Positions 28,649 through 38,225 of a stretch of DNA of 64,000 nucleotides are shown piece after piece. The stretch is from Clostridiales bacterium. Lineage in GTDB: Bacteria > Bacillota > Clostridia > Lachnospirales > Lachnospiraceae. Made by a program: the position numbers and the translations under genes. Position 1 is the stretch's first letter. The number at the start of each line of letters is the position of its first letter. The notes under the pieces are model-generated. The model was not told where the DNA came from. It made no database searches and saw nothing but the letters and a program-made list of their open reading frames with translations. The DNA is taken from the NCBI GenBank assembly GCA_021202015.1, contig JAJQDV010000032.1, positions 20,463 to 84,462 on the forward strand, in the 5' to 3' direction.

Positions 28649-30883
28649 ATGAAGAAAAGGAAATCATCAGTAGTGGTCTTTATTATAATGATCGCTATTG
28701 TGGCATTGCTGGGATATTACACGTTCGGCATCGTTAAGGGTACCGTGGCGAAGGACAGCGATGCCGGCATTAAGCTGGGTCTGGATCTGGCCGGCGGCGT
28801 GAGTATCACGTATCAGGTTGCCGGGGACGAGGATCCCACTTCGGAGGAAATGTCGGATACGATCTATCAGCTTCAGCAGCGTGTCAGCGCTTACAGCACG
28901 GAGGCTGAGGTATATCAGGTCGGCGACGACCGGATCACGGTGGAGATCCCTGGCGTGTCGGACGCGAACGAGATTCTTTCAGAGCTCGGTTCTCCCGGTT
29001 CTCTGGAGTTCCAGACTCCGGACGGAGAGGTCTATATGACCGGCGAATATGTGGCGGACGCGCAGGCGACGACGACCACGAACTCCACGACCGGCGTGAC
29101 GTCCTACTGCGTGGAACTGACGCTGACCAGTGAAGGCGCGGAGATCTTCGCGGAGTATACGGAGGAGTATCTCAACGATTACCTGCCGATCTATTATGAC
29201 GGCGAATGCATCACCTATCCCGAGGTACAGTCGGTCATCTCAAACGGTGTGGCGGAGATCACCGGCATGGACAGCTATGAGGACGCTGAGATCCTGGCGA
29301 CGCAGATCCGAAGCGGCGCGCTGACGCTGGAGCTTGAGGAGCTGCAGTCTGAGGTGGTGGGCGCAAAGCTCGGTTCCCAGGCGTTGAACACCAGCATTAT
29401 CGCTGCCATGATCGGTATTCTGATCATCATCATCTTTATGTTGATCGCATACCGGATTCCCGGTCTGGCGGCGGCTCTCGCGCTGCTGATCTATGCCGGT
29501 ATCCTGCTTTCCATCCTGCATCTGTATCACATTACGCTGACGCTGCCGGGCATCGCGGGTATCATCCTGTCCATCGGTATGGCGGTCGATGCGAATGTCA
29601 TTATCTTTGCCCGTATCCGGGAGGAGATCGGCGCCGGAAAGAGTGTTGATACGGCGATCAAAACCGGTTTCAAAAAAGCGTTTTCCGCGATCCTGGACGG
29701 CAACGTTACGACGCTGATCGCGGCGGTCGTATTGTATCTGCGGGGTACGGGTTCGATTCGCGGATTCGCGATCACGCTGGCGCTCGGTATTATTTTCTCC
29801 ATGTTCACCGCACTGGTGATCACCCGTCTGCTGCTGAGAGCCCTGTACGGCATGGGCTGTAAGGATAAAAAGCTTTACGGCGAGAAGAAGCAGAGAGAGC
29901 CGATCAACTTTCTCGGAAAGCGTTTCATCTGCATCGGTATTTCGGTGGCGGTCATTGTGGCCGGATTTATCGGGATGGGCGCTTATAAGGCCGGAAGCGG
30001 CAATGTGCTGAATTTCAGTCTGGAGTTTATGGGCGGTACCTCCACAACGGTTACGTTTGATACGGATTATACGATCGAAGAGATTGATGAGGAGATTGTT
30101 CCTTATATAGAGGAAGTGACCGGCGACAGCAATGTCCAGACCCAGAAGGTTTCCGACAGCACGGATGTGATCTTCAAGACACGTACGCTGTCCCTTGACG
30201 AGAGAGAGGAGCTCGTATCGACGCTGGAGGAGAACTTCGGTGTGACAGAGGACGACATCTCCGAGTCGCAGAACATCAGCTCCACGATCAGCAGCGAGAT
30301 GAGACAGGATGCGATCTGGGCCGTGATCATAGCGACGATCTGCATGCTGATCTATATCTGGTTCCGGTTCAAGGATATCCGGTTCGCGGGCAGCGCGGTC
30401 ATCGCCCTGGTTCACGATGTACTGATCGTGCTGGCGTTCTACGCGTTGTCGCGGACAAGCGTAGGCACGACGTTTATCGCCTGTATGCTGACGCTGGTCG
30501 GTTATTCGATCAACGCGACGATCGTCATCTTTGACCGTATCCGTGAGAATATGGCGCTGGAGGCGGGCAACCGCAGCCCGGATCTGAAGCGCGTGGTGAA
30601 CAACAGTATCACGCAGACGCTCTCGCGAAGTATCAATACTTCCCTGACGACCTTTATCATGGTATTTATGATCTTCCTGCTGGGCGTATCTTCCATCCGG
30701 GAGTTCACCGGTCCTCTGATGATCGGCGTGGTCTGCGGCGCGTACTCATCCGTCTTCCTGACCGGGTCGATCTGGTATATGATGAAGAACCGGTCGCTGA
30801 AGAAACAGCAGGCGCAGATCGAGGCGGCGAAGGCAGCGAAATCATCAAAGAAGAAAAAGAAAGCACAATCGGAAAAAGAATAA
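28649..30883 (+). CDS. secDF: Fused protein translocase subunit SecDF
   Basis: LGLDLAGGVS, GMAVDANVIIFARIREE, LEFMGGT, GYSINATIVIFDRIREN. Confidence 0.95.
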   Translation: MKKRKSSVVVFIIMIAIVALLGYYTFGIVKGTVAKDSDAGIKLGLDLAGGVSITYQVAGDEDPTSEEMSDTIYQLQQRVSAYSTEAEVYQVGDDRITVEIPGVSDANEILSELGSPGSLEFQTPDGEVYMTGEYVADAQATTTTNSTTGVTSYCVELTLTSEGAEIFAEYTEEYLNDYLPIYYDGECITYPEVQSVISNGVAEITGMDSYEDAEILATQIRSGALTLELEELQSEVVGAKLGSQALNTSIIAAMIGILIIIIFMLIAYRIPGLAAALALLIYAGILLSILHLYHITLTLPGIAGIILSIGMAVDANVIIFARIREEIGAGKSVDTAIKTGFKKAFSAILDGNVTTLIAAVVLYLRGTGSIRGFAITLALGIIFSMFTALVITRLLLRALYGMGCKDKKLYGEKKQREPINFLGKRFICIGISVAVIVAGFIGMGAYKAGSGNVLNFSLEFMGGTSTTVTFDTDYTIEEIDEEIVPYIEEVTGDSNVQTQKVSDSTDVIFKTRTLSLDEREELVSTLEENFGVTEDDISESQNISSTISSEMRQDAIWAVIIATICMLIYIWFRFKDIRFAGSAVIALVHDVLIVLAFYALSRTSVGTTFIACMLTLVGYSINATIVIFDRIRENMALEAGNRSPDLKRVVNNSITQTLSRSINTSLTTFIMVFMIFLLGVSSIREFTGPLMIGVVCGAYSSVFLTGSIWYMMKNRSLKKQQAQIEAAKAAKSSKKKKKAQSEKE

Positions 30884-30890
30884 CAGGAGG

Positions 30891-30917
30891 GACCCGGTGG
30901 AAAAGCCGGGTCTTTTT
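30891..30917 (+). terminator. Intrinsic terminator after secDF
   Basis: GACCCGG-N8-CCGGGTC followed by TTTTT. Confidence 0.75.
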
Positions 30918-31054
30918 CACCATATAGGAAAGTTCTTCGAACTTCCTATATGATAAAAAACGCTCCGCTGTGGATGCACATGCCGCGCAAAGGAAGATGT
31001 TTGCTTACGCAAACGCGCGGCAGCGCAGGAATCCCGCAAGCGGGATTCTATTTT
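30913..31054 (+). repeat. Dispersed multi-hairpin intergenic element, copy C
   Basis: Near-identical to copy D; hairpins CATATAGGAAAGTTC/GAACTTCCTATATG, GTTTGC-TTAC-GCAAAC, GAATCCCGC-AA-GCGGGATTC. Confidence 0.9.
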
Positions 31055-31077
31055 AACATAAAGGAAGGGGGACCGGT

Positions 31078-31221
31078 ATGAATTTACTGCATTCGGGCAT
31101 CCTGTTTTTGTGGGATTTGTCCAGGTCGTTTTTCGGAACCGTGTTTGTCGCGTGCGTTCTGATGAGCTTTGTCCTGTTTCTGGCGGAACTGGTCATTTAT
31201 CACGCGAAGAAAACAAATTAA
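31078..31221 (+). CDS. Candidate 47-aa single-pass membrane protein (absent from ORF track)
   Basis: AAGGAAGGGG RBS; MNLLHSGILFLWDLSRSFFGTVFVACVLMSFVLFLAELVIYHAKKTN. Confidence 0.6.
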   Translation: MNLLHSGILFLWDLSRSFFGTVFVACVLMSFVLFLAELVIYHAKKTN

Positions 31222-31233
31222 GGGAAAAGAGGG

Positions 31234-32022
31234 ATGATTATGCGGATTGCGTTGATCACGGGTGCATCCAGCGGCCTTGGGAAAACGTTCGCGCAGCACA
31301 TTGACGATTCGGAGAGGGAGATCGATGAGATCTGGCTGGTGGCAAGGCGCAGGGAACGGCTGGAGGAGGTCGCACGGCAGCTGTCCCATCCGGCGAAGAT
31401 CATCGCGCTGGATCTGGTCGCGGAAGGCAGCATGGAGGAGCTGGAGGATCTGCTGAAAGAAAATGTTCAGGTGGGTCTGTTTGTCAACTGCGCGGGCTAT
31501 GCCAAGATCGGAAATTATGAGAAAGTAAGCCGCGCGGATTCGGAGCGGATGATCGATTTAAACTGCCGGGCGGCGGTAAGCACGACCCTTGCGGTTCTCC
31601 CCTTTATGCGGGCCGGAGACCGGATCATGGAGATCTGCTCCACCTCGTCCTTTCAGCCGATCCCGCATCTGAATATCTACGCGGCGAGCAAGGCCTTTCT
31701 GTACAGCTACACGCGGGCGCTGCGGATGGAGCTCCTGCCGCGCGGGATCATAGTGACGGCCGTCTGTCCCTGGTGGGTGAAGGATACGGAGTTTATCTCC
31801 GTCGCCCGGGACAACCGCGCCAACGCGGATGTGGCGGATTCGATCCGCGGCTTTCCCCTGGCGACCAGGCAGGAGGATGTCGTAAGGCGGGCGCTGCGCG
31901 ACAGTCGTCTGAAGCTGGCGGTGTCGACGCCCGGCGTCATGTGCTTTTTTCACCGGATCTTCGCGAAAGTCATTCCGCGGAAGTGGCTGCTGTATTTCTG
32001 GGAAATCTTCCGCCGGATCTGA
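31234..32022 (+). CDS. Short-chain dehydrogenase/reductase
   Basis: ITGASSGLG, VNCAGY, YAASK catalytic motif. Confidence 0.93.
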   Translation: MIMRIALITGASSGLGKTFAQHIDDSEREIDEIWLVARRRERLEEVARQLSHPAKIIALDLVAEGSMEELEDLLKENVQVGLFVNCAGYAKIGNYEKVSRADSERMIDLNCRAAVSTTLAVLPFMRAGDRIMEICSTSSFQPIPHLNIYAASKAFLYSYTRALRMELLPRGIIVTAVCPWWVKDTEFISVARDNRANADVADSIRGFPLATRQEDVVRRALRDSRLKLAVSTPGVMCFFHRIFAKVIPRKWLLYFWEIFRRI

Positions 32023-32370
32023 CGCCGCGGAAATTATGTGTTACATGTCACTCCCTGACTACGCACTTGCTGCGGGGTCAGGCCGAACACGTTGTGGTTT
32101 CAGGCATCCGTCCCATCGCGAAGCGATTTTGCATGGACGGATGCTGTTGCAAGTCACATCCTGTAAGGATTACAAAGCATAAATTCGGTGAAGATGTGAC
32201 TTGTAACAATTTTGTCATGAAATGTTTGCAGTTGCCATGTATCCTGTGGTAAGATAGAACCTGCGGAATGATAAATGTAACTTACCGGAAGTTCACGGCG
32301 CTTGCGGCAGGGGACTTCGTAAGTTAAAGAGCAGCCGGTTTTGCTGCGAGTTCAGAAAGGATGTGTGATT

Positions 32371-32913
32371 ATGCCGCTGCTGAAAGAAAAAGTTTATACG
32401 ATCGATGATATTTATGCCTTACCGGACGGACAGAGGGCAGAGCTGATCGACGGACAGATTTATGATATGGCGCCTCCGAATCGGAGACATCAGTACCTTA
32501 TTTCGGAATTACATTATCAGATTAAAGATTATATCAGGCGAAAGGGAGGTCCTTGCGAGGTGTATCCCGCTCCGTTTGCCGTGAAATTAAATGCCGACGA
32601 CAGAACATACGTTGAACCGGACATCTCTGTGATCTGTGATTCGAAAAAGCTGACGGAGAAGGGCTGCACGGGTGCGCCGGACTGGATTATTGAGGTGGTC
32701 TCTCCGAGTAGCATACGGATGGATTATTCCGTAAAGCTTTTTAAATACCGCACGGCAAGAGTCCGGGAATACTGGATCGTCGATCCGGATAAAAACCGGA
32801 TCATGCTTCACGACCTGGAGGAGGATAATATGGAGGAGTATACATTTTCGGACACTGTGAAAGCGGGTATTTACGATGATCTGATCATTGATTTTTCCGA
32901 ATTGCATCTTTGA
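32371..32913 (+). CDS. Uma2-family (PD-(D/E)XK) endonuclease
   Basis: RAELIDGQIYDMAPP..HQ, VEPDISVICD, GAPDWIIEVVSPS, EYWIVDP. Confidence 0.92.
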   Translation: MPLLKEKVYTIDDIYALPDGQRAELIDGQIYDMAPPNRRHQYLISELHYQIKDYIRRKGGPCEVYPAPFAVKLNADDRTYVEPDISVICDSKKLTEKGCTGAPDWIIEVVSPSSIRMDYSVKLFKYRTARVREYWIVDPDKNRIMLHDLEEDNMEEYTFSDTVKAGIYDDLIIDFSELHL

Positions 32914-32950
32914 TATAAAAAAGAAACCGGGACGGAGGATTTGAGAGAAC

Positions 32951-34051
32951 ATGAAACTTGGAATTGTGGGGCTCCCGAATGTCGGGAAGAGTACGCTGTT
33001 TAATTCGCTTACGAAAGCGGGCGCGGAGTCGGCCAACTATCCATTCTGCACGATCGACCCGAATGTCGGGATCGTGGCGGTGCCAGATGAACGTATCCGG
33101 CTGTTGGGCGACATGTACCATTCGAAAAAGGTGACGCCGGCCGTGATCGAGTTCGTGGATATTGCCGGCCTTGTGAAGGGCGCCAGCAAAGGCGAGGGGC
33201 TGGGGAACCAGTTTCTGGCGAACATCCGCGAGGTGGACGCTATCGTCCATGTGGTACGGTGCTTTGAGGATGAGAATGTTGTCCATGTGGACGGCAGCGT
33301 GGATCCGGCGCGGGACATTGAGACGATCAATCTGGAGCTGATCTTTTCGGATATTGAGATCCTGGAGCGCAGGCTTGCGAAGGTGGGACGGACGGCCCGC
33401 ATGGATAAGAAGGCGGCGAAGGAGGAGGATCTGGTCAAAAGGATCGTGAGCCATCTGGAGGACGGGAAACCGGCAAAGACCTTTGCGGTCGGGGATGATG
33501 AAGACGAACAGGGATGGTTTTCTTCCTACAATCTTTTGACGGCGAAGCCGGTCATTTATGCGGCGAATGTCTCCGAGGACGATCTGGCGGACGACGGAGC
33601 GTCGAACGCTTATGTGCAGTCCGTTCGTGAACTGGCGGCGCGGGAAGGCAGCGAGGTGTTTGCTCTCTGTGCGAGCATCGAAGCCGAGATGGCGGAGCTG
33701 GACGATGAGGAGCGGGCGATGTTTCTCGAGGAGCTCGGTATCCGGCAGTCCGGTCTGGAGAAACTGATTCAGGCAAGCTACAGTCTGCTCGGGCTGATGA
33801 GCTTCCTGACCGCGGGCGAGGATGAGACCCGTGCCTGGACGATCCGGAAGGGAACGAAAGCGCCGCAGGCGGCCGGAAAGATACATACGGATTTTGAGCG
33901 TGGATTTATCCGCGCGGAGGTGGTCAACTACAAGGATCTTCTGGAGTGCGGCTCTCTGGCGGCGGCGCGGGAGAAGGGAATTGTCGGCCTTGAGGGGAAG
34001 GATTATGTTGTCCGGGACGGGGATGTGATCCTGTTCCGTTTTAATGTATAA
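32951..34051 (+). CDS. ychF: Redox-regulated ATPase YchF
   Basis: GIVGLPNVGKSTLFN, NYPFCTIDPN, DIAGLVKGASKGEGLGNQFL. Confidence 0.98.
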   Translation: MKLGIVGLPNVGKSTLFNSLTKAGAESANYPFCTIDPNVGIVAVPDERIRLLGDMYHSKKVTPAVIEFVDIAGLVKGASKGEGLGNQFLANIREVDAIVHVVRCFEDENVVHVDGSVDPARDIETINLELIFSDIEILERRLAKVGRTARMDKKAAKEEDLVKRIVSHLEDGKPAKTFAVGDDEDEQGWFSSYNLLTAKPVIYAANVSEDDLADDGASNAYVQSVRELAAREGSEVFALCASIEAEMAELDDEERAMFLEELGIRQSGLEKLIQASYSLLGLMSFLTAGEDETRAWTIRKGTKAPQAAGKIHTDFERGFIRAEVVNYKDLLECGSLAAAREKGIVGLEGKDYVVRDGDVILFRFNV

Positions 34052-34104
34052 CGGCGCTTTCACACTGTGCGGAGAAACGCATAGAATGAAAAAAAAGGAT
34101 TTTT

Positions 34105-34359
34105 ATGCGCTTTTCAGAATTTTCTAAAAAAGAGGTTGTCAATATTTCCGATGGAAAATGCCTGGGCTGTGTCAGTGACATACAGTTCGATGAATGCCGG
34201 GATCAGATTCAGGCAATTATCATCCGGGGACCGGCGAAATGGTTCCATGCCATCGGCTGCGACAGCGAGTACATTGTGGCCTGGGATCGGATCGTCCGGA
34301 TCGGACCGGACGTCATCCTGGTGGAGGTTTGCGTCGATCAGGTGCTGAAGAAACTGTAA
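34105..34359 (+). CDS. YlmC/YmxH-family PRC-barrel sporulation protein
   Basis: KEVVNISDGKCLGCVSDI, IVAWDRIVRIGPDVILV. Confidence 0.88.
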   Translation: MRFSEFSKKEVVNISDGKCLGCVSDIQFDECRDQIQAIIIRGPAKWFHAIGCDSEYIVAWDRIVRIGPDVILVEVCVDQVLKKL

Positions 34360-34383
34360 TTGGAAAAAACCGGAGGATACATT

Positions 34384-34845
34384 ATGAAATGCCCATACTG
34401 CAGCAGCGATAATACGCGCGTGATCGATTCGCGCCCCGTGGACGACAATACAGCGATCCGACGCCGACGGAACTGCGACGACTGCGGGCGGCGCTTTACC
34501 ACCTTTGAAAAGGTGGAGACGATTCCGTTGATGATTATCAAAAAGGATAATACCAGGGAACGCTACGACCGCTCGAAGATTGAGGACGGCGTCCTGCGCG
34601 CCTGCCATAAACGCCCGGTCTCCGCGGAGCAGATCGGGAAACTGGTGGATGAGGTGGAGACGGAGATCTACAGCAGGGCGGACCGGGAGATCCCCAGCAG
34701 TGACATCGGAGAGCTTGTCATGGATAAGCTGAAGGATCTGGAGGCGGTCGCCTATGTCCGATTTGCCTCTGTGTATCGTGAATTCAAGGATGTGAATACT
34801 TTTGTAAATGAGCTGAAGAAAATGTTGGACAGCGAGGATAAATAG
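34384..34845 (+). CDS. nrdR: Transcriptional repressor NrdR
   Basis: MKCPYC..DSRP..RRRRNCDDCGRRFTTFE; VAYVRFASVYREF. Confidence 0.97.
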   Translation: MKCPYCSSDNTRVIDSRPVDDNTAIRRRRNCDDCGRRFTTFEKVETIPLMIIKKDNTRERYDRSKIEDGVLRACHKRPVSAEQIGKLVDEVETEIYSRADREIPSSDIGELVMDKLKDLEAVAYVRFASVYREFKDVNTFVNELKKMLDSEDK

Positions 34846-34848
34846 CCG

Positions 34849-35388
34849 ATGTTTCAGAAGTTTTATCCCGACATTTACGTGGAGTCCGCTTACGAGATCG
34901 ATTTTGACAGCCTCTATGCGGACGGCTACCGCGGACTGATCTTTGACATTGACAATACGCTCGTGACACACGGAGCGCCCGCGAATGATCAGGCAAGGGC
35001 GCTGTTTGCGCATCTGAAGGAGCTGGGATTTGAATGCTGCCTGCTTTCCAACAACAAGGAACCGCGCGTGAAGATGTTCAATGAGGATGTTCAGGTACAT
35101 TATATCTGCGAGGCGCACAAGCCGTCCGCGGATAATTACGAAAAAGCCATGGAGCTGATGCATACGGATAAAAGCACCACCCTCTTTATCGGTGATCAGA
35201 TTTTTACGGATATTTTCGGCGCGAACCGGGCGGGCATACCGTCCGTCATGGTAAAATACATATACTGGAAAGAAGAAATCCAGATCGTCTTCAAACGAAG
35301 GCTTGAAGCGATCATATTATTATGTTATCGTAGATACAGGAAAAAGAACAGGACCGCGGCAAGAGGGGCGTTTTTCGGGAATCCCTGA
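34849..35388 (+). CDS. yqeG: YqeG-family HAD IIIA phosphatase
   Basis: DIDNTL, LSNN, IGDQIFTDIFGANRAG. Confidence 0.88.
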   Translation: MFQKFYPDIYVESAYEIDFDSLYADGYRGLIFDIDNTLVTHGAPANDQARALFAHLKELGFECCLLSNNKEPRVKMFNEDVQVHYICEAHKPSADNYEKAMELMHTDKSTTLFIGDQIFTDIFGANRAGIPSVMVKYIYWKEEIQIVFKRRLEAIILLCYRRYRKKNRTAARGAFFGNP

Positions 35389-35417
35389 TCCGGTTCAGAA
35401 ACAGAGAGGAAATACAG

Positions 35418-35849
35418 ATGAAGATTTTGATAGCGAACGACCACGCGGCAGTCGATCTGAAAATGGAGGTGAAGGCTTACCTGGAGGGGCTCGGGCACGA
35501 GATCGTCGATGTCGGGGCGATGGAGAAGAAAAGTTGTCACTATCCGGAGATCGGCGCGCGCGCCGGCCGCATGATAGCTGCGGGCGAGGCGGACTGCGGT
35601 GTGCTGATGTGCGGCACGGGAGCCGGGATCGCCATGGCTGCGAATAAGATTAAAGGTATTCGCGCGGTGGCCTGCTCGGAGCCGGTGACGGCGCGGCTGG
35701 CGAAGGAACACAACCACGCGAATATCATCGCGTTCGGCGAACGGATCATCGGCGTGGAGATGGCGAAGGCGATCCTGGACGCCTGGCTGAATGCCGAATG
35801 CCTGGAAGGGCGGCATCAGCTGCGGGCGGACATGCTCGACGCACTGTAG
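35418..35849 (+). CDS. rpiB: RpiB/LacAB-family sugar-phosphate isomerase
   Basis: ANDHAA, CGTGAGIAMAANKIKGIRA, EHNHANII, GRHQLR. Confidence 0.9.
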   Translation: MKILIANDHAAVDLKMEVKAYLEGLGHEIVDVGAMEKKSCHYPEIGARAGRMIAAGEADCGVLMCGTGAGIAMAANKIKGIRAVACSEPVTARLAKEHNHANIIAFGERIIGVEMAKAILDAWLNAECLEGRHQLRADMLDAL

Positions 35850-35917
35850 GATTGATAAGCTGGTTTGCCACAACGTGACGGCAGGCGAAGCGGGCGGACA
35901 TGCTCGACGCGCTGTAG
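35822..35917 (+). repeat. 28-bp direct duplication of the rpiB 3' end
   Basis: GCGGGCGGACATGCTCGACGC(A/G)CTGTAG at 35822-35849 and 35890-35917. Confidence 0.9.
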
Positions 35918-36041
35918 AATCGTCGGGCGGATGAGATTCACAGGAAAAAGTGGTTGAAATATCGCCTGATTTCATATAGAATAGTTTCAATACACCGGTG
36001 TGTCGTCTCACGCCACACCAGAATACGAGGAGGATTTGAAA

Positions 36042-36602
36042 ATGGCAGATGCAGGCAGCGTGATCAAAAAGGGAGTCACGATCGAGCTGGAGGGAAAAGT
36101 ATACAGAGTGGAGGATTTCCAGCATGTAAAACCGGGCAAGGGAGCCGCTTTTATCCGGACGAAGTTAAAGGATGTGATCAACGGCGGAGTCGTGGAGAAG
36201 TCCTTCCGTCCCGCGGAGAATGTCGATACGGCGCATGTTGAGAGAACCGTGAAGCAGTATCTGTATAAGGATGATGATTTTTATCATTTCATGGACGCGG
36301 AGACTTATGACCAGATCGATATGACGCACGAGGATGTAGAGGAGGAGATGAAGTTCGTCAAGGAGAATGAGAACGTGACGATGCTCTCTCATAACGGCAA
36401 GATCTTCGCGGTGGAGCCCCCGCTGTTTGTGGAGCTTGATATCATTGATACCGAGCCCGGCTTCAAGGGCAATACAGCCACCGGTACGTTCAAGCCGGCT
36501 ACGGTGGAGACCGGAGCGGTCGTCCAGGTTCCTCTGTTTGTCAACCAGGGTGACAAGATCAAGATCGATACGAGGACCGGGGAGTATCTCTCCAGGGTAT
36601 AA
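36042..36602 (+). CDS. efp: Translation elongation factor P
   Basis: [40 protein letters not shown]. Confidence 0.97.
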   Translation: MADAGSVIKKGVTIELEGKVYRVEDFQHVKPGKGAAFIRTKLKDVINGGVVEKSFRPAENVDTAHVERTVKQYLYKDDDFYHFMDAETYDQIDMTHEDVEEEMKFVKENENVTMLSHNGKIFAVEPPLFVELDIIDTEPGFKGNTATGTFKPATVETGAVVQVPLFVNQGDKIKIDTRTGEYLSRV

Positions 36603-36644
36603 GGCTGATACAGGGACAGGGTGCGCAGGAGATGTGTCACCCTG

Positions 36645-36788
36645 TTTTTTATCATATAGGAAAGTTCTCCGAACTTTCCTATATGATAAAAAACGCTCCG
36701 CTGTGGATGCACATGCCGCGCAAAGGGAGATGTCTGCTTACGCAGACGCGCGGCAGCGCGGGAATCCCGCGAAGCGGGATTCTATTTT
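36645..36788 (+). repeat. Dispersed multi-hairpin intergenic element, copy D
   Basis: Perfect 23-bp stem (36645-36693), GTCTGC-TTAC-GCAGAC, GAATCCCGC-GAA-GCGGGATTC; starts in the T-run of the efp terminator. Confidence 0.9.
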
Positions 36789-36794
36789 ATTAAT

Positions 36795-37868
36795 ATGGAA
36801 CATTTTGATTTGAGAAAAACAATACAAGAATATACGGAGCAGATCTCTCCGCCGGATGAAACGGCCATGGCGCAGAGCCGCCGCCGCTGGGACAGCCTTG
36901 CGAAACCGCTGGGCAGTCTCGGCAGGCTGGAGGAGGCGGTCACGCAGATCGCCGGCATTCAGGGCACGCCGGAGATCAGCATTGACAGAAAAGCGCTCGT
37001 CATTATGTGCGCGGATAACGGCGTAGTCGGGGAGGGCGTTTCACAGTGCGGACAGGAGGTAACAGCCACCGTCGCGGAGAATTTTTCGGAAGGAAAATCC
37101 TGCGTTTCCATCATGTGTCAGAAAACCGGAACGGATATTTTTCCGGTTGATATCGGGATGGCGGCGGATACGCCGCGGACGGAAAAGCGCAAGATCGCGT
37201 ACGGCACGCGGAATATGGCGCGGGAAGCCGCCATGACGCGGCGGCAGGCGGAGGATGCCATACATGTGGGCATTCAAAAAGCCTGTGAACTGAAGGAGTC
37301 CGGCTATCAGATCCTGGCGACCGGTGAGATGGGTATCGGAAATACCACGACCGGAAGCGCTGTCACGGCGGTCCTGCTCGATGTCCCGGTCGAGGAGGTA
37401 ACCGGGCGGGGCGCCGGACTTTCCTCTGAGGGACTGGAGAGAAAGATTCAGGTCATCAAACAGGCGATTCGCATGAACCGGCCGGATCCGGCTGACCCGC
37501 TGGAAGTTTTGGCAAAGGTCGGCGGACTGGATATCGCGGGAATGGCCGGCTGTTTTATCGGCGGGGCGTACTGCGGGCTGCCGGTTGTGATCGACGGACT
37601 TATCTCATCCGCCGCCGCGCTGATCGCCGTTCGGCTGGCGCCCGCGTGCGCGCCGTATCTCCTGGCTTCCCATGTCTCAAAGGAACCCGCGGCGAAGCTG
37701 CTTCTGTCGGAATTAAAAAAAGACGCTTTTCTGACCTGCGAGATGGGTCTCGGCGAGGGGAGCGGCGCGGTGGCGCTGTTTCCGCTGCTGGATCTGGCGG
37801 CGGAGGTGTATCGTAAAATGAGTGATTTTGAGGCGGCGGGGATTGAGGCGTATGAAAAGAAGCGTTAA
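36795..37868 (+). CDS. cobT: Nicotinate-nucleotide--dimethylbenzimidazole phosphoribosyltransferase
   Basis: KPLGSLGRLE, ADNGV, GEMGIGNTT, VGGLDIA, MGLGEGSGA. Confidence 0.96.
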   Translation: MEHFDLRKTIQEYTEQISPPDETAMAQSRRRWDSLAKPLGSLGRLEEAVTQIAGIQGTPEISIDRKALVIMCADNGVVGEGVSQCGQEVTATVAENFSEGKSCVSIMCQKTGTDIFPVDIGMAADTPRTEKRKIAYGTRNMAREAAMTRRQAEDAIHVGIQKACELKESGYQILATGEMGIGNTTTGSAVTAVLLDVPVEEVTGRGAGLSSEGLERKIQVIKQAIRMNRPDPADPLEVLAKVGGLDIAGMAGCFIGGAYCGLPVVIDGLISSAAALIAVRLAPACAPYLLASHVSKEPAAKLLLSELKKDAFLTCEMGLGEGSGAVALFPLLDLAAEVYRKMSDFEAAGIEAYEKKR

Positions 37869-38117
37869 CGCTGCATTCGTAATCAGGCTGCAGATATTTT
37901 TCCCGATGATTCTTCCAAAATCAGAGCCGGTTTTTCGGCGACATCCCTTCCGTATAACGGTGATGCCTTGCTTTTTACGGCAGATGCATGAAAATTTTGG
38001 CAGAAAGTTAAAATAAAGGCATCACAGGTTTTACAGGAGGAATTCAAAGTGAACGGCGAAATGATCATTACAGAAGAACAGATTGCGGCATATGGAGTGA
38101 CAGTCAATGGCAGATAA

Positions 38118-38225
38118 AAGGGTTGGAATGGCGTTGTTAACAAGACATTCGTTCAGATAATGGAAACACTGGGGTATGATGTTGAGTTGACTTATGTGAA
38201 GCGCGAGGATGGAGGGGATTTATGA
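38118..38225 (+). pseudogene. 3' remnant of a small phage/ICE HTH protein gene
   Basis: Startless frame NGVVNKTFVQIMETLGYDVELTYVKRE..*, stop overlapping the next ATG. Confidence 0.55.

Noticed and set aside
25578-36788. Classical MITE or IS for the dispersed repeat
   Set aside because: No terminal inverted repeats, no clear target-site duplication and no transposase in the window.
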